64,000 nucleotides of DNA from a virus, in the IMG/VR virus record IMGVR_UViG_3300020202_000066, positions 1-64,000 of that record; one strand, given 5' to 3'. This document shows positions 61,815 through 64,000 of the stretch, piece after piece. The translations under genes and the position numbers were made by a program. The notes under the pieces are model-generated. The model made no database searches. It saw only the letters and a program-made list of their open reading frames with translations, and had not been told where the DNA came from. How positions within the stretch are numbered: the stretch's first letter is position 1; the number at the start of each line of letters is the position of its first letter.

Positions 61815-64000
61815 TCAGTTCAGTAGATGAACCTCGAACTGCTCGATGATGAGGGTTGAGAAGATGTTGGTGAGTACTCCGACGCTCCCACCGATCGTTG
61901 TGGAGCCAGAAGTATTGCCATTCGGGACGGAGCTACGTCCGGAGAAGTTGGGCGATGAAGTAGACCCGCCGAATTCTCCTCTTATCCATCCTGTCAGGTC
62001 TGCAGTTCCGGCACCCGATGAGCGGACCCATACGTCGAACTGGAGGTACCACGGTTTATCGGTTTGATTGACCGGAACTGATACCGAGGAAGAAGACACG
62101 GTCATCGTACTGAACGTCGCATTGAAGGACGCCGTGGGCGCCGAGCCGGTCGATGTGTACCTCCCGTACCATGTCGCTCTAAAGTGACGGCCGGTGAGAT
62201 TAAAGGCTGCGCTTGGTGCGGCGAAAGTATTCGGGCTCGCGAATACATTCGTTCCGAGCGAATTGCCAAGGTTGCCGCTGTCCGAGTTGTTCTGGTACAG
62301 CAACGTGGGCACCACACCAGCGAACGACGTCCCTGTGCCCGGAATGACGGCACACCATGCCTGCTTGGCAGTGTCGTACCAGAGGTCACCATTCGCGGCG
62401 GTGGCGAAGGGACCAGTCCCGCCTGTCGAGTGGAGGCAGGTGTCCGCCGCGAGGTTCACGGCTCGAGCGCATTCGAGGTTAATGTCCCCGCCAGATGCGA
62501 TCAGGTTGATAGTCTTGATCGCCCCCGAGGAGCTCGCGCCTCCAGTGAGGAGGTCGATTCGTCCACCGGTTGCTCCGGTCCCGCCAGTTCCGGCGATCAG
62601 CTTGACCCGTCCCGAAACGCCCGTGCCTACTGCATTTCCGCCAGAGATCGTATTGTCGCCGCCATTGGCGTTGTTGCCTTGGCCGGAACCGCCAGAGACT
62701 GAAGCCGGTCCACCGTTGCCTGCGCTTGACCCGCCGTTGCCTGCGGCCGCAGAGAATGCCCCCCCGGCGCCAGTGACGCCGGGGGCGCCGCCGACCGCGT
62801 TGAGGGCGCCTCCCGTCGATCCGCTGTTGCTGGTGGCGCCGCCCTTGATGTTCGAGGAGTAGCCAGTCCCGCCGGTGTTCGTGGGGGGCTCGAGCGTGAA
62901 GTTGGCGGCAGACATCGTGGGCGAAGTGGCGAGCAGTGGGGCGGGAAGGGTGCCTGCAAGCGCGGCGCTCAGTGATCCCGAGTAGGATCCCGTGGCTCCG
63001 GTGGCGCCTGTCGAGCCTGTGGCGCCCGTGGCCCCGAGGTCGCCGGTGCGTGAGAATACGAGGGCGATCGGGTCTCCGTTCGTGAACGGCGAACTCGCCG
63101 AGGCGCTCACATACACGAGCGTGATCTTGCGGTAACCGGTCCCGCTGGCAATGGATCCGGAGATTGTGAACAGGGCCCACTTCGATGGGTCGGTTCGATG
63201 CACAGCTCGGAGGTGGCCACGCACGGCGGATGTCGAGTCGGCAAGGGTGTCGACGATCCCGCTGATGGTCGTGCTGAAGGCGTCCGCGTTGTTGGCGTAG
63301 CTCTTGGTAACCGACGACATCGTGCCGTGGTCGAATCGTGCCTTGCCGGCCCCCGGATCGGCGTCGGTTGTGCCGTTGTCGAACGCGAACGCGAGCGTGA
63401 CAGCGCCGCCAACGGCGCCAGTACTTCCGGTCGCCCCGGTCGCGCCCGTACTTCCGGTCGCGCCCCCAGCACCTGCGGAGCCTGCGGCTCCTGTGGATCC
63501 TGTGGATCCTGTTGCGCCAGTGGCGCCTGTTGATCCGGTCGCTCCAGTCGAGCCAAGGTCACCGGTGCGGCTGAAGGCGAGTGCAGTCAGGTCGCCGGGA
63601 CCAAAGCTGGTGTCGCCACCTACCCAAGCGAGGGGGACCTTGACGTAGGTCGTCGCGTCGGTCACCGAGCCTGTGATGCGGTACTCTGCCCAGGAATCAT
63701 AGTCCTCAAGATCGATCAGCCGGAGGGTCCCTTTCACAGCGCTCGAGCTGTCGTCGAGTGCGAGGAGGACGGACTCTAGATTTGTTCCGACGAAAGCGTT
63801 CTTGTTGATGTAGAGGAAAGTCGCGCTGTCCACGGCCGCATTGTTGAAACGAAATAGTCCCGCGCCGGGATTGCTATCCGCGGTGGAGCCGCTGTCGAAC
63901 ACGTACCGTCCGAGCTCTCCTCCGAAGGCGCCGGTCGCGCCCGCTGGGCCGACGAAGCCTGGACCGATAGGGCCGGTGGCTCCAGTGGATCCAGTTGCGC
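61815..64000 (-). CDS. collagen-like tail-fibre protein (5'-truncated by window)
   Basis: GXY blocks separating two copies of an FD.G.T...PGAG..RF domain; Gly-rich C-terminal region. Confidence 0.8.
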   Translation of the reverse strand, partial: ATGSTGATGPIGPGFVGPAGATGAFGGELGRYVFDSGSTADSNPGAGLFRFNNAAVDSATFLYINKNAFVGTNLESVLLALDDSSSAVKGTLRLIDLEDYDSWAEYRITGSVTDATTYVKVPLAWVGGDTSFGPGDLTALAFSRTGDLGSTGATGSTGATGATGSTGSTGAAGSAGAGGATGSTGATGATGSTGAVGGAVTLAFAFDNGTTDADPGAGKARFDHGTMSSVTKSYANNADAFSTTISGIVDTLADSTSAVRGHLRAVHRTDPSKWALFTISGSIASGTGYRKITLVYVSASASSPFTNGDPIALVFSRTGDLGATGATGSTGATGATGSYSGSLSAALAGTLPAPLLATSPTMSAANFTLEPPTNTGGTGYSSNIKGGATSNSGSTGGALNAVGGAPGVTGAGGAFSAAAGNGGSSAGNGGPASVSGGSGQGNNANGGDNTISGGNAVGTGVSGRVKLIAGTGGTGATGGRIDLLTGGASSSGAIKTINLIASGGDINLECARAVNLAADTCLHSTGGTGPFATAANGDLWYDTAKQAWCAVIPGTGTSFAGVVPTLLYQNNSDSGNLGNSLGTNVFASPNTFAAPSAAFNLTGRHFRATWYGRYTSTGSAPTASFNATFSTMTVSSSSVSVPVNQTDKPWYLQFDVWVRSSGAGTADLTGWIRGEFGGSTSSPNFSGRSSVPNGNTSGSTTIGGSVGVLTNIFSTLIIEQFEVHLLN

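Noticed and set aside
59620-64000. Short tandem repeats as CRISPR or DGR elements
   Set aside because: They encode collagen GXY repeats; no spacer periodicity, cas gene or reverse transcriptase in the window.

Overview
64 kb of a large, GC-rich temperate phage, apparently in the non-integrated (attP) state. Layout: leftward replication/nucleotide genes (DUF3900-like, Nmad1-dUTPase fusion, beta clamp); a ~28 kb rightward operon from a LexA/CI-like repressor through RecE/Sak4/RuvC-like genes, two DNA methyltransferases (one with a LAGLIDADG intein), initiator and DnaB, an array of modular small ORFs, SNF2 helicase, xis and int, with a tRNA-Arg(UCU) attP inside the int 3' end; a leftward early region with duplicated sigma70-like promoters; endolysin and thyX; a minus-strand array of 33 tRNA genes covering all 20 amino acids; an accessory cassette, DarG-like macrodomain, ECF sigma and second recombinase; then holin and tail-fibre-like genes. 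Main finding: the tRNA array is split into three blocks by two leader-peptide/terminator attenuators absent from the ORF track. Each leader's codons match the tRNAs directly downstream of it, and each can form 1:2, 2:3 and 3:4 pairings. This suggests a phage sensor that releases replacement tRNAs only when those tRNAs become limiting. The array also holds a class II tRNA with a Lys anticodon, tRNA-Ile(UAU), tRNA-Arg(GCG) and several structured non-tRNA spacers. All family calls are from motif recognition by eye; no searches were run.
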